Assembly: GCA_951406725.2 (NCBI GenBank)
Contig: OX597839.1
Location: 32,240,001 to 32,304,000 of the forward strand
DNA from: Octopus vulgaris
Lineage: Eukaryota
DNA: 64,000 bases
Reading direction: 5' to 3'
Part shown: positions 14,660-27,230 of the stretch, one piece after another
Numbering within the stretch: the stretch's first letter is position 1
Layout: each line of letters opens with the position of its first letter
Program-made: the position numbers and the translations under genes
Notes under the pieces: generated by a model
Seen by the model: the letters and a program-made list of their open reading frames with translations, nothing else
Told to the model about the DNA's origin: nothing
Databases searched by the model: none

Positions 14660-15115
14660 TAATTTTTTTCCTCGCCATAAATTCCGATGTAATCGTAATC
14701 TACACTGTCTGAAAAGTATTTGAAGGGAATTTCATTCAAAAATATCCTTTTTCTGAAAGTTATGAGGAAACAAAGTCGCTTCGTATCTGAAACTCCCCTC
14801 CTCATCCGCCGGATTTTTTTTTTTTTTTTTTCAAAATTGTAATATAATCGTAATCTACACCTTTTAAAAGGGTTTTGTAGAAAATTTCATCAAAAAATAC
14901 GTATTTTTCTTAAAGTTATGAGGAAACAACGGTAAATTTTGTGGTAAAAATTTATCGAAATAAAGTTGGCTCATGAATTATAGGAAGCTCCTTTCCCCAA
15001 CCCCTGGAAATTATTTTCGCAATAAATTCCAATATAATAGTAAGCTAAAAGGTATTTGTAGAAGAGTTCATGAGAAAATATCCTTTTTTCTAAAAGTTAT
15101 GAGGAAACAAAGTAT
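14660..15115. repeat. Three diverged 150-180-bp direct repeats, probably DNA-transposon interior
   Basis: ttttct(g/t/a)aaagttatgaggaaacaa near 14750, 14905 and 15085, each preceded by aat(c/a)gtaa(t/g)cta. Confidence 0.7.
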
Positions 15116-16195
15116 AGGGGTCACACATGCGTAGGTATGCCAATTAATTCTAATATATTTGTGAACTGGACAGATGTAGGAAATTGTTTTCATGTGGTCC
15201 CTTCTGTTTTGCACGAGAAGTCGTTGTTTATGTATAAAATCGACAACTTCGGCTACAATATACGTAATATTTAGCAAAATAATAGAGAAAATAAAAAAAG
15301 ACTAACTAATTTTTAACAAATTTAAGTTTTCAAAACTTTTCGTGAAATACTAGAATATAAAAAAAAAGTTGTCTCCGTTTTGTATTTATTTATTTATTTA
15401 TTTATTTATTTACAGTAAAAATAAATAAACATAAAACTGTCAACAAACAGCAATGTGTAAAAAAGACAATTTTCAAAAAAAAATCAAGGGCGAACAGTGT
15501 GAAAGAAGTAAATAGCACATGGTGGGAGAGCGGGAAAAGGAGGAGTAGGAAGAGGCGAGAAACCGTAGAAGTTGTTGAGTCAAGGAGAGGAAATGAAAGG
15601 AAGAGGTGATACTAGTGCTGAAGTGGTTGACGAGAAGGGTAAGGGGATGAGGGGAAAGAGACAGTAAGGGTATTTGAAGGGAGGGAAAAGAGAAAGAGAT
15701 AAAAAAAAAAAAAAAAGGATTGATAAATAGATGGATTGAAGGGGAGGAAAAAGAGGGAGTTGGAGTTGGAAGGGGGCAAAAAGGAGGATTGTACTGTGGT
15801 TCAGAAGTTTGCTAGGCAATCATGTGGTTTCGGGTTCGCACGACATCTTCGGCTACAGTCCCCGGGCGAGCAAAGCTTTATGAGTGAGTTTGGTAGACGA
15901 AAACTAAAACAAAGTCACCGAATAATGTCACATATTATATTTACAGATAAATTCCTCTCTTTACAATAATATCGAGGTCCCTTTCATTCTTTTGTTGTCT
16001 CACCATTTCTATCAATATGTATATATTGGTGTGTTTATGTCCCCGTTACTTAGCGATTCGGCAAAAGAGACCGATAGAATAAGTACTGGGCTGACAAAAA
16101 AATAAGTCCCGGGGTCGATTTGCTCGATTAAAGGCGGTGCTCCAGCATGGCCGCAGTCAAATGACTGAAACAAGTAAAAAGAGTATATATATATA

Positions 16196-16616
16196 TGGAT
16201 CTTTTCGGTTTGAACGGCAGTTTTTTCGAGCAGTGTCATATGAAATTGTCACCCATAATTATGACCCTAGTATCGATCTATTGCATTTCAATCTGTTTTA
16301 GGGTTAGAGTTAGGGGTGGGGGAAAGGTATCTTCTTTTCTTCAGCAATGTAAATAAACCCAATCTGTTTCTTAAACGAGGGACATATTCATACGGCACAG
16401 AATGTTTTCACCTCAATAGACGTCATTGATTGGTTGAAATTGCAGAAATTGAAGACAAAAAAAAACAACAAATATCTTACAAACTATAGAATTTTCTCAA
16501 TAAAGCCAAGAGAAAAAGATGTTTTATAAACACATTCTGCCAGTATACGAAGTTTAAAAGTGTTTAGTTACGTGGAAATTATTTTAAAAAACTGCCGTTC
16601 AAACCGAAATGATCCA
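16196..16616. mobile_element. MITE with ~30-bp terminal inverted repeats inserted in (TA)n
   Basis: tggatcttttcggtttgaacggcagtttttt / aaaaaactgccgttcaaaccgaaatgatcca, flanked by TA; short internal ttagggttag run. Confidence 0.85.
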
Positions 16617-16949
16617 TATATATATATACTATTAATATTTTAGCAGAAGCAACAGTGACCGAAGGGTCAAGAGATTCGTGCGTTAGTCTTTATCAAACTT
16701 TGCATCGCCAAACCTATATGTATGTATGTATGTGTGTGTGTGTGTGTGCCAACCGGTGCAGGTGACCTAGCGGTTCGGCGAATAGAGAACCAAGATCGAA
16801 TGAGCACCAGGTTTACAAAAATAAGTGTAGCGACCAGAACGGAGACCTTCAAGGCGGTGCCCCAGCATGGCCGCAGTCCAATGACTTGAAACAAGTAAAA
16901 AAAGAAATTAAGGATATAAATAAGCGATATTTATGTAAAAATAAAACAT

Positions 16950-17315
16950 TCAAATTTTAGCACGAGGCCAGCAAATTCGGGGGAGGGGGGTAAGTCGACA
17001 ACATCAACTGCAGTACTCAACGGGTACTTTATCCCTTTCTACTCTAGGCACAAGACCCGAAATTTGGGGGGAGGGAACCAGTCGATTAGATCGACCCCAG
17101 TACGCAACGGGTACTTTATCCTTTTATACTCTAGGCACAAGGCCCGAAATTTTGGGGGAAGGGGACCAGTCGATTTGATCGACACCAGTACGCAACTGGT
17201 ACTTTATCGAACTGGAAAGGATGTTGACCGCGGTGGAATTTGAACTCAGATCATAAAGACGGACGACATGTCACGCATTTGGTCCGACTTATTAACTCTT
17301 CTACCACTCGCCGCC
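16950..17315 (-). mobile_element. Family B SINE with a triplicated 3' segment
   Basis: The block ...cgaaatttgggggg...agtcgattagatcgaccccagtacgcaacgggtactttatc occurs three times. Confidence 0.8.
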
Positions 17316-18167
17316 CCATGTCTATAATAAATGTTTAAAAAAAAGTAACGTGTCAGTACATTTATTGCCCAGTAAATATTTAATATTTAATATCTCTCTT
17401 CTGTCTCTAATTATCATTCGTAAAACATCAAAGAACTCCACCAAGGTCTCTCCTTTTTATTGGCTGAAGTCATTGGACTGCGACCAGACTGGAGTACGAC
17501 CTTCAACTGCTTTTTAGCCCATCACATATCGATCCCAGTACTTAATTTATCGACCTGAATCTACGAATATACTACAATTAGCTTATTGTATGCAATGCCC
17601 AGGTGCACTATGTACGTATGTCTGCATGCATTGTATGTATAAGGCTGTCTGCCCGTTATACTAGTCACAGTGCAGCACGAACGAATATTTATTTGCTCTG
17701 GACAATGTACCGAAGATTCTTCTCACCATCTGCACTGGTGAAGAGAGAAGAAAAGACTTTTATTTAGTACTAAAAGGCGGTTTCTCGGGTGTAATAAGAT
17801 CACGAAGCTGGGTACCCTAAAAATACACTTCCCACAGTTGACTGATATAACATAGGTATCTAGAAGGAATTGGCCTGAAATTGCGCTGGGACGGCTCACC
17901 TCTACCGCCACGAATTTCTTTTTTCACCATTGTTTCTTTCTTCTCTCTTTCTTACTCGATCTCTCTCATCCTCTCTGCTCTTCTCTCTATCTCTATCTTT
18001 ATTTTTCTCATTCTCTCTCTCTCTCTCTCCTTCTATCTATATCTTACTTTTCATCTCCCTTACGCTCTTTCATGCTTTCTCTTACACTCTATATCTCTTA
18101 GTCTATCGTTACACTCTATCACCCTTACCCTTTCTCTCTCACTTTTCTCCGTCTCTCTCTCTCTTCT

Positions 18168-18400
18168 CTTCACTCTATCTGGTATTCTCTTCCCCTCTCT
18201 CTCTCTCTCTCCTCTTCACTCTATCTGGTATTCTCTTCCCCTCTCTCTCTCTCTCTCCTCTTCACTCTATCTGGTATTCTCTTCCCTTCTCTTTCTCTCT
18301 CTTCTCTTCACTCTATCTGGTATTCTCTTCCCTTCTCCCTCTCTCTCTCTCTCTCCCCCCTTCACTCTATCTGGTATTCTCTTCCCCCCTCTCTCTCTCT
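18168..18400. repeat. ~46-54-bp CT-rich minisatellite, five copies
   Basis: ttcactctatctggtattctcttccc(ct)n repeated. Confidence 0.9.
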
Positions 18401-18695
18401 CTATCTATGTATATGTTCCTTATTTTTGCCACGGCTTCGGTGGAGTAGTGGCGTTAGTAGTAGTAGTAGCAAGGAGAGCAGCAGTGACAGCTGTAATAGC
18501 AGTAGTCATAGTAGACATAGTAGTAGTAATAGTAGTAGCAGCAGAGATCGCGGGAGGGCAATGGTGGAGGAGGGGGGTTCCCAAGTAGTACTAGTAGTAA
18601 TAGTAGCAGTAGGAGGAAGAGGTCAGCCATGGCAGTAGTAGTAGTAGCAGCAATACTAGTGACAGGCGAACTATAGTAATAATAACGGTAACAGC

Positions 18696-18733
<38 letters not shown>

Positions 18734-18951
18734 GGTGGTGGTGGTGGTGGTGGTGGTGGTGGTAGCATGGATGTGGGATTGAAACCTCTTTGTCTGGCAC
18801 TGGATTTTGATGTGTTCTCTCTATTTTGTATTTGGACTTTTTTTAAAAAGACCTTATCTTAGCAAAACCTATGGCAGTGCCCCAGCGTGGCCACAGTTCT
18901 CGAGATGCATGTATGTATGTGTGTGTGTATATTTAATGATGAGTATGTATG

Positions 18952-18994
<43 letters not shown>

Positions 18995-19238
18995 ATGGAC
19001 ACACATGTAGGTGAAGATGGTGGGTGGGGGGTTGAAGAGTAGAGGAAAAAGAACTCAATACCTGAAGTAGAGCATATTTAATTTATTAGTTAGCTGTAAA
19101 GCTACATGGTTGAATGGAGGACCTAGTTTTCTGGCGCGCTTTTGCACGAAACGAAACTCTGGGACCTTAAATTACTCACAAAGCTTCTTTTTTCAGCTAA
19201 CATATACGCATACACACATATATATATATATATATACA

Positions 19239-19278
<40 letters not shown>

Positions 19279-19459
19279 TCTGTGTGTGCGTGTGTTAGTC
19301 AAACAATGAAATTCAGCATTTCACAATATGCTATACTTTAATGTATGGCGACTCTTTGCTGACGAAAAAGAGAGGAAAAATATAACCGGCGAGGGGTAGA
19401 GATGGGGGGGAGGGAAGGGAGGAAGGAAAGAGAGAAGAAGAAAGATACACACGGGGAAA

Positions 19460-19506
19460 GGAAATGACGTCACCAGTTCCACCGTTGCTATGCACTGTAT
19501 AGCAAC
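19460..19506. promoter_or_regulatory. Candidate promoter: GGAAA + CRE (TGACGTCA) and inverted RFX-like half sites
   Basis: TGACGTCA at 19465-19472; GTTGCTAT (19484-19491) and ATAGCAAC (19499-19506) in unique, CpG-retaining sequence. Motif match only. Confidence 0.4.
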
Positions 19507-19564
19507 CGCGAGGATCTGTGTCAGGAGTGCTTGCTTCCTCTTCATGTATGCGTATGTGTGTGTG

Positions 19565-19628
<64 letters not shown>

Positions 19629-19699
19629 TATATTTATATATAAAGGGGTCTGCTGCTTTTTAAGGCGTATATATTTTGCAGCATATGTATCTTGTATCG

Positions 19700-20730
19700 C
19701 TTACTGGTTTCGCTCATTGGACTGCGGCCAAGCTGGGGCAACACCTTGAACGGTTTGGGCGAACAAATCGCAGTACTTATATATTTTTTTTAAAACCTGG
19801 TACTTGTTCTTCCTCGGTCTCTCTTTTGCCGAACCGCTAAGTTACTGGGGCGTAATTATTTTTCGTAAAATATATCTGAATATACTCTTTTACTTGTTTC
19901 AGTCATTTGACTGCGGCCATACTGGAGCGCCGCCTTTAGTCGAGCAAATCGACCCCGGGACTTATTCTTTGTAAGCCCAGTACTTATTTTATCGGTCGCT
20001 TTGGCCAAACCGCTAAGTGACGGGGATATATATATATATTTATTTAATCTTCTATTCTTTTACTTGTTTCAGTCATTTGACTGCGGCCATACTGGAGCGC
20101 CGCCTTTAGTCGAACAAATTGACCCTAGGACTTATCTTTGTAAGCCTAGTATTTATTCTATCGATCCCTTTTGCCGAACTGCTAAGTTACGGGGTAAAAA
20201 ACACATCAACATCAGTTGTCAAGCGATGGTGGTGGTGGGGTCAAACACAGACACAAATACATACATGTATGTATTGTGTGTGTGTAGAGGCGCAATGGCC
20301 CAGTGGTTAGGGCAGCAGACTCGTGGTCGTAGGATCGCTGTTTCGATTCCCAGACCGGGCGTTGTGAGTGTTTATTGAGCGAAAACACCTAAAGCTCCAC
20401 GAAGCTCTGACAGGGGTGGGGTGGCGATCCCTGCAGTACTCTTTCGCCACAACTTTCTCTCACTCTTTCTTCTGTTGGCCTGCTCGCTTAGCCAGCAGGG
20501 TGGCGTCATTTGAAGGCTAAAGCAATGCGAAGCACATTGTGACCAGCGATGTGTAGCAACATCTGATAGCCTGGTTGGTCACGGTGATATGACAGGATTC
20601 TTATAGTTTCCGTCTACCAAATGCACCTGTAAGGCTTTCATTAACCTGAGGCTATTGTAGAAGACACGTGCAGTGGATCATGTAACTGGATTGCAAACTT
20701 CTTACTTCATAGCCACACCTGTACCTTTAT
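19700..20730 (-). mobile_element. Cluster of family A SINE pieces, interrupted by a family C SINE
   Basis: Tail halves near 19700, 19885 and 20055; head half at 20590-20730. Confidence 0.8.
20287..20588 (+). mobile_element. Family C tRNA-derived SINE (head C, tail X)
   Basis: tRNA-like head gaggcgcaatggcccagtggttagggcagc ... gtttcgattccc; near-identical to 63348-63654. Confidence 0.88.
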
Positions 20731-22292
20731 GTGTGTGTGTGTGTGTGTGTATTTACATACATAGATATAAATGTAAGGCTGTCCTTTTGTATTGGTAGAT
20801 GACATCATCCACCCACACAGCTTTCCCTCATGACACGAAGAGGCTAGGCTAAAAAGGAAGGTGAATGACTGATACTCCAGATACTAATTCCGAAGGATGG
20901 ACTAAATATATATATATATACATACATTATGTATGTGTGTGTCATCATCGTCATCATTTGCTTATTTTTGTAGATTTCCACATTATTTATATTGGAAAAG
21001 TTTTCTACTTGCCTTTTTAATTGCAAAGACTGATCAAATCCTCAAAATTAATTTTACATAACACATCTGCTTCTAGACTTGGTAAAATTAAGGCTTCCTG
21101 AATATTATTTTAACAAGTTTAAAGTGATTTCTTTTGTGCCATAAACCATTTACCATTTCTGTGGTGCTCCCCGCTCCCTCTTCCCTTGATCCCCTAAGCA
21201 CAGGCTTATGTTCGTTAATAGGGAATCCAGTGCTGCAGAGCCAGTTCTTGTAGAAGAGCTGCATGGGTAGAAGAGAGGGAGAGAATGTTTCCTGGGAGCT
21301 GCAGAGAGATGAAATGTGGTGATGAGATGCACAGGTGACTCCTTGAGATAGGAGGGGACAAGAGGAAGAGACTGATGAGAGAGACGAGCTGGGGGGGGGG
21401 TGGACTTGCAAGAATGTAGAGGTAGGGGATGGGAGAAGGGAGTGGAGGCAAGCAACAACAGGGTAGGGCTGGAGAGTGGATGTAAGGGGTGGTAGATAAG
21501 GGGGGGGGTAACCAATGATGTAGGAGTTAGGGAAGATAGAGGTGCAGAAAAGAGTTAAGAGTGGTGGGGGGGAAGCAGGATGGGGGAGGATAAAAGAGGG
21601 ATGATGTAGATGAGTAGGGTGCAAAAACCTCCACTGTTTTTCTTCCCTTATGCCCTTCCTTACTTTGTACCACTACACAAATTGAACTCATACCCTCTGC
21701 TTTCACTCTCTTGGTTATCATCCTCTTTTCTATTCACACACTCAATCATGTTGACCATGAAAGAACATAGACAACATAGAGAAGAGTTTTTTGTGGAGTG
21801 GGGAGGGTCTTGCAAGGGACAAAGGAACCTCTTGAATGCTGGTGCCTTGAGAAAATGGGCCCAGTACTCTCTATAAAATGGTTGGCAAATGACAGGAGAT
21901 AACATAGATTTAAGATGATTTTTTAGTCTTACTGAGGGAAAGGTATTCCCTCTAGTGTAGGTGCCACAGCATAATGCACCCAGTATAGAACAGGATAATG
22001 GATGAGTGGTTAAATGCTGTTAGTAAGGGAGGTTATGAAAGATTATAAAAGACAATGAAGGCTATAAAGGATGAGGAGGTTTAATTTGTTATAACAGGAT
22101 TTTTTTTTAAAGTTATGACAGTATGTTGTCATAATGTCTTAATGTGAGAATAATAATGAATAGACAGACAGAAAGATAGATAGACAGACATAGACTGATG
22201 GATAGACAGATAGATAGATTAATGGATAGATAAATTGGTAAATTGATGGATAGATAGATAGAAATAAAGAGAAAGAGAGAGAGATAGGTAGG

Positions 22293-22327
<35 letters not shown>

Positions 22328-22371
22328 ATAGACAGACAGATAGACAAATAGATAGATAGATAGATAGACAG

Positions 22372-22451
<80 letters not shown>

Positions 22452-22686
22452 GGATGGATGGATTGATAGATAAATACACACACATACAGACTGATAAATA
22501 GGCAGACAAAAGATTGACAGACAGACAGAATGGAATGGAAAAGGTAAGGGATTACCCTATATATGGCATTAAATCCAGATCCTGTCAAGCTGTCCAACCC
22601 ATGCCAGCATGGAAAGCAGACATTTAATTATGATGATGATGTACGTATATGTGTATATTATGTGTGTGTGTGTGTGTGTGTGTATA

Positions 22687-23232
22687 CAGGGTGGGGTAAA
22701 TTCTTGTCGGTTTATGTTTCTAATTTCGCACATGCACATTGTTGTTCATTTTGTTGACTACACAGTAGAGTAGGGTCAGTTGGGCACCATCTCTGAGAAA
22801 ACCAGTCCCATGACGCAATTCACTCTGCCAGAAATTTGGAAACAATGAGCTATACTGCTGGGAGCTCCAATACAAACATTTCAGAGTGTTTGGGTGTCTA
22901 TCTGAGGACAGTGCAGAGAATTTGGAAAGGGGTGGATGAGTCTAATGGGGATTACGAAGGTACGACAGCTTGGAAAACTCACTCTGATAATAATGATAAG
23001 AAAAGAACTCCTGAATTTGTTGGTGAGATCCAGACCATGATTGACAATGACCCCTCAAAGTCAATCAGGGACATGGGAGTGTCTGAGCTTCTTGTCAGGT
23101 AGGTACTGCGTGAAGACATTCAGTATTCCTCATACAAAATGAGAAAGGGCCAATTTATATCCCAAGCCACCAAGGAAAGGAGGAAAGACCCCGCTATGAG
23201 GCTTTTGAACAAACTCAAGCATCCCCTCCGTC
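22687..23232 (+). mobile_element. 5' fragment of a Tc1/mariner-superfamily transposon (maT/DD37D-like)
   Basis: Starts TA|CAGGGTGG. Encodes ISECLGVYLRTVQRIWK...KKRTPEFVGEIQTMIDNDPSKSIRDMGVS...EDIQYSSYKMRKGQF (paired HTH region). Truncated before the catalytic domain; subfamily is inference. Confidence 0.75.
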
Positions 23233-23274
23233 ACTTGGCAAACTGAAGCATCCCCCTACAATCGCTTAACAAAA

Positions 23275-23826
23275 CGACGTTGGTGTGTTTACGTCCCCAT
23301 AACTTTGCGGTTCGGCAAAAGAGGCCGATAGAATAAGTACTGGGCTTACAAAGAATAAGTCCTGGGGTTGATTTGCTCGACTAAAAGGCGATGCTCCAGT
23401 ATGGCCACAGTCAAATGACTGAAACAAATAAAAGAGTAAGGTGCAGGAGTGGCTGTGTGGTAAGAAGCTGGCTTACCAACCACATGGTTCTGGGTTCAGT
23501 CCCACTGCGTGGCACCTTGGGTAAGTGTCTTCTGCTATAGCCTCGGGCCGACCAATGCCTTGGGAGTGGATTTGGTAGATAGAAACTGAAAGAAGCCCGT
23601 CGTATGTGTGTGTGTGTGTATATGTTTGCATGTCTGTGTTTGTCCCCCCAACATTGCTTGACAACCAATGCTGATGTGCTTACGTCCCCATAACTTAGCT
23701 GTTCAGCAAGAGAGACCGATAGAATGAGTTCTAGGCTTACAAAGAATAAGTCCTGGGGTCGATTTGCTCGACTAAAGGTGATACTCCAGCATGGCCGCGG
23801 TGAAATGACTGAAACAAGTAAAAGAA
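23275..23826 (+). mobile_element. Family A SINE tail followed by a full-length copy
   Basis: Tail 23275-23438, full copy 23440-23826. Confidence 0.9.
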
Positions 23827-24175
23827 TACACACACACATATATGTATTTATTTATGTATGTACCTGTGTCCGTGGCACATAAAAAAACACCATCCAAGCG
23901 TGGCCCTTCGCCAGTCTCGTCTGGCACCTGTGTCGGTGGCACATAAAAAGCACCCACTACACTCACGGAGTGGTTGGCGTTAGGAAGGGCATCCAGCTGT
24001 AGAAACACTGCCAGATCTGACTGGTGCCTGGTGCAGCCTCCTGGCTTCCCAGACCCCAGTTGAACCGTCCAACCCATGCTAGCATGGAAAGAGGACGTTA
24101 AACGATGATGATGTATGTATGTATGTAAGAAGAAGAAGAAGAAGAAAATGAAACCCATCTTGTTTGTCCCTGTAG

Positions 24176-24782
24176 ATGTTGCTGTCAAAAAGGTTATGTT
24201 TCCAGGTGTACCCTGCCTAAAACATTCAGAACATCCAGCATGATTGGGAGGTAAATAGTTTCTTTAGAGAATGAATTTCTTTAAGAAAAGAGAAACTGGT
24301 TTATACTCGTTTGATATTTGTTTTCAGCAAGATTTGGTTCAAGGAGGCCAAAGTCTGTGCCTATGATTGGACAGTTTCAACCTGACACACGACAAGCTAC
24401 GTAGGTTGGGGTGGGGTGGGGGTGGGGAGCAGATTTAGCTGTTATTTTTAGCAGATCACACTGCCTTGCAGGAGTTCTGTCGTAGGCGGAATAATAAAAT
24501 TGCTGATGGTTGTGGTGTTGGTGATAATGAAGATGATGATGATGATGATGGTAGTGGAGTTGTTGTTAAGCAACAAAGCGGGTAAGGGTGGTTAGGTGAT
24601 GGTCTAGGGCTTAGGGGCGGGTGACCCCAGACCTTAGAAAAAAAAAACTTTGGTCATCTTGTTGTAGTCGAGGGCACTTTGTTGATGCCCAACAACACTG
24701 GGAGGTGGCCCTCGAAGTCGCTGGAAATGGAGATCTCCAGGTCCAAATTCCTGAATGGCTGGAAGTGGAGTGGGGTGGTTAG
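24176..24782 (+). CDS. Candidate three-exon coding cluster (24176-24250, 24332-24400, 24668-24782 or shorter), product unknown
   Basis: Acceptors tttgtccctgtag, ttttcagcaag and cttgttgtag; donors gag|gtaaat and tac|gtaggt. Spliced frame ...TFRTSSMIGRFGSRRPKSVPMIGQFQPDTRQATRGHFVDAQQHWEVALEVAGNGDLQ... needs the second AG at exon 2. Confidence 0.3.
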
Positions 24783-24849
24783 GGTCAGGTGTGGTGGTGG
24801 GGGGGGGGGGGTGATGTTGTGGCTTCATGGCAGTCATCATGGAGTGAAT

Positions 24850-25015
24850 TTATGATTAAAGGCCTTACAGTTGTGACTGTCCTGTATTTAAGCATAGGAT
24901 ATCTAAGACTACATTATCCATTGTGTCCTTCTTTTATATGAGATGGAAGTATGGGCACTGAGAGAGATTTAGCTGCTATTTCTAGCTAGTTAAGTGACTA
25001 CATAGAGGCTGCCTT
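24850..25015 (+). repeat. Unclassified dispersed repeat ending in (G)GCTGCTATTTCTAGC
   Basis: Diverged homologues at 31312-31575, 48735-48915, 54420-54600 and 4828-5010 (minus), with motif-only hits near 9125, 24432 and 57155. Confidence 0.7.
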
Positions 25016-25136
25016 GTTTGGTGTTGTTCATGACTATGGTGATGATGATGATGTGTTGTTGATGGTGATAGTGATGGTGGTGCTGGTGACAGTGGTGGTG
25101 GTGGTAGTGGAAATGTTGTTGATGGTGGTGGGACGT

Positions 25137-25360
25137 GAAAGCACGTGGGTCAGTGGTTAGAGAATTGGGCTCAGGATTATAAGGTTATAGTTTCAATTCC
25201 TAACTGGATGTTGTGTCCTTGAGCAAGACACTTTATTTCATGTTGCCCCAGTCAACTCAGCTGGCACAAATGAGCTGTACCCGTAATTCAAAGGGGGGGG
25301 CGACCTAGTCACATTCTGTGTCACACTGAATCTCCCCGAGAACTATGCTAAGGGTACGCG
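25137..25360 (+). mobile_element. Family D SINE head joined to tail Y
   Basis: Head and centre like 45635; 3' part tcaaagggg...gtcacattctgtgtcacactgaatctccccgagaactatgctaagggtac matches the reverse complement of 27900-27975. Confidence 0.75.
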
Positions 25361-25524
25361 CAGGGCCGGGCCCTAGGGTTGCTGGCACCCAAGGCAAGCT
25401 GAACTTTGGCATGTACAACAAAACTGATATTAGTTCGGCAAAAGAGACCGATAGAATAAGTACTAGGTTCCCAAAGAATAGGTCCTGGGGTCGACCGAAA
25501 GAAGTAAGAGAATAAAAAGAAAAA

Positions 25525-25922
25525 GGTGGTAAGTAGCTTGCTTACCAACCACATCATTCCAGGTTCAGTCCCACTGCGTGGCATCTTGGGCAAGTGCCTT
25601 CTACTATAGCCTCGTGCCAACCAATGCCTTGTGAGTGGATTTGGTAGACGGAAACTGAAAGAAGCCCGTCGTATATATGTATATATATATATATATATGT
25701 GTGTGTGCATGTTTGTGTGTCTGTGTTTGTCCCCCTAGCATTGCTTGACAACCGATGCTGGTGTGCTTACGTCGCCGTCACTTAACGGTTCGGCAAAAGA
25801 GACCGATAGGATAAGTACTGGGCTTACAAAGAATAAGTCCCAGGGTCGATTTGCTCGACTAAAGGCGGTGCTCCAGCATGGCCGCAATCAAAGGACTGAA
25901 ACAAGTAAAAGAGTAAAAGAGT
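25525..25922 (+). mobile_element. Family A SINE, near full length
   Basis: Same head, core and tail as 13994-14399. Confidence 0.9.
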
Positions 25923-26412
25923 ATATATATATATATATATAAACAGTCCACTCTGCTGAGTGGCATTGGCATGGTAGGAAGGGCATCCAGCTGTAAAAAT
26001 CCTGCCAAAGCTCTCACAGGAGTCTAGTGCTGGCTTCTGCTTGGCTGGCTCTTTGTGGTACTGTCCCACCCATGCTAGAATGGAAGACACACATTAAATG
26101 ATGATAATGATGATGATGATAGACAAACACAGGCGGGGCGCGGGCGCAGGCAAATGAATAGCGTATATCTATACAGTTTGGAATTCCTAAATTGTGACCT
26201 ATATTTCTCATTACTGGTGGTGGTGGTGGGGGAGGGTGATAAATTGTGGCATGTGTGTGTGTGTGTGTGTGTATATAGTTGTATGTCATCCTATATAAAC
26301 TTTTAACAAATAAATAACCTTTATATATTTTGGTAAACTATTCCCTGTGCACTGGCTGGGTCCAAGTACACCAATAACCTACACGTTTGGTGCAAGTGTG
26401 TGTGTGTGTGTG

Positions 26413-26446
<34 letters not shown>

Positions 26447-27019
26447 TGTTAACATCCGTTGTCCATGCTGGCATGGGTTGGACGGGTTGACCAGGGCTGG
26501 CACACTGGAAGGCTGCACCAGAGTCCAGTCTGATTTGGCATGGGGTTCTACAGCTGGATGCCCTTCCTAATGCCAACCACTCTGAGTAATGGGTGCTTCT
26601 ATGTGCCACTGGCACAGGTGCCACTGGCACAGGTGCCAGTGGCATGACACCAGTGTCTGCTATGACTATCATTTCACTTGGCTCGATGGGTCTTCTTAAC
26701 CATGGCACGTATAAACACACACATATATAAACACATATATAAACACACACGTATATAAACACACATATAAACACATATATATAAACACACATATATATAA
26801 ACATATATAAACACACATATATATAAATATATATAAACACACACATATATAAACACACATATATATAAACACACACATATATAAACATACATATGAATAA
26901 ACATATGTATGTATAAACATATATATATATAAAAACACACATATATATATAAACACACATATATATAAACACACATATATAAACACACACATATATAAAC
27001 ATACATATGTATAAACAAA

Positions 27020-27230
27020 ATGATTCAAAATGTGACCTCGTGTGTACCGTTGGCGATTTTTTTTCCTCTGTCTTCCCTTCTCTGGATCTTTCCTTTTCCT
27101 ATGTTTCTGACAAAGAGCTCCGCTCGAAACGTTAAACCCTCCTTCTTTCCTGAGCGTCCAATAATACTATATTTGTTCCACGTCCTCGCGTTGTTGTGTT
27201 TTTTTGTGCTTTCTTGTTTGGATTAACTTT
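27020..27230 (+). mobile_element. Penelope-like terminal repeat containing a minimal hammerhead-like motif
   Basis: gttt CTGACAA a gagc tcc gctc GAAA cg TT aaac at 27103-27137, followed by a T-rich tail running into (TA)n. Confidence 0.65.

Noticed and set aside
17881-18588. 235-aa membrane protein
   Set aside because: Hydrophobicity comes from (CT)n and (GTA)n repeats.
20287-20360. tRNA genes (also 28105-28176, 45637-45710, 63348-63420 and a B-box fragment at 16-50)
   Set aside because: tRNA-like heads continue into SINE bodies and do not close a clean cloverleaf.
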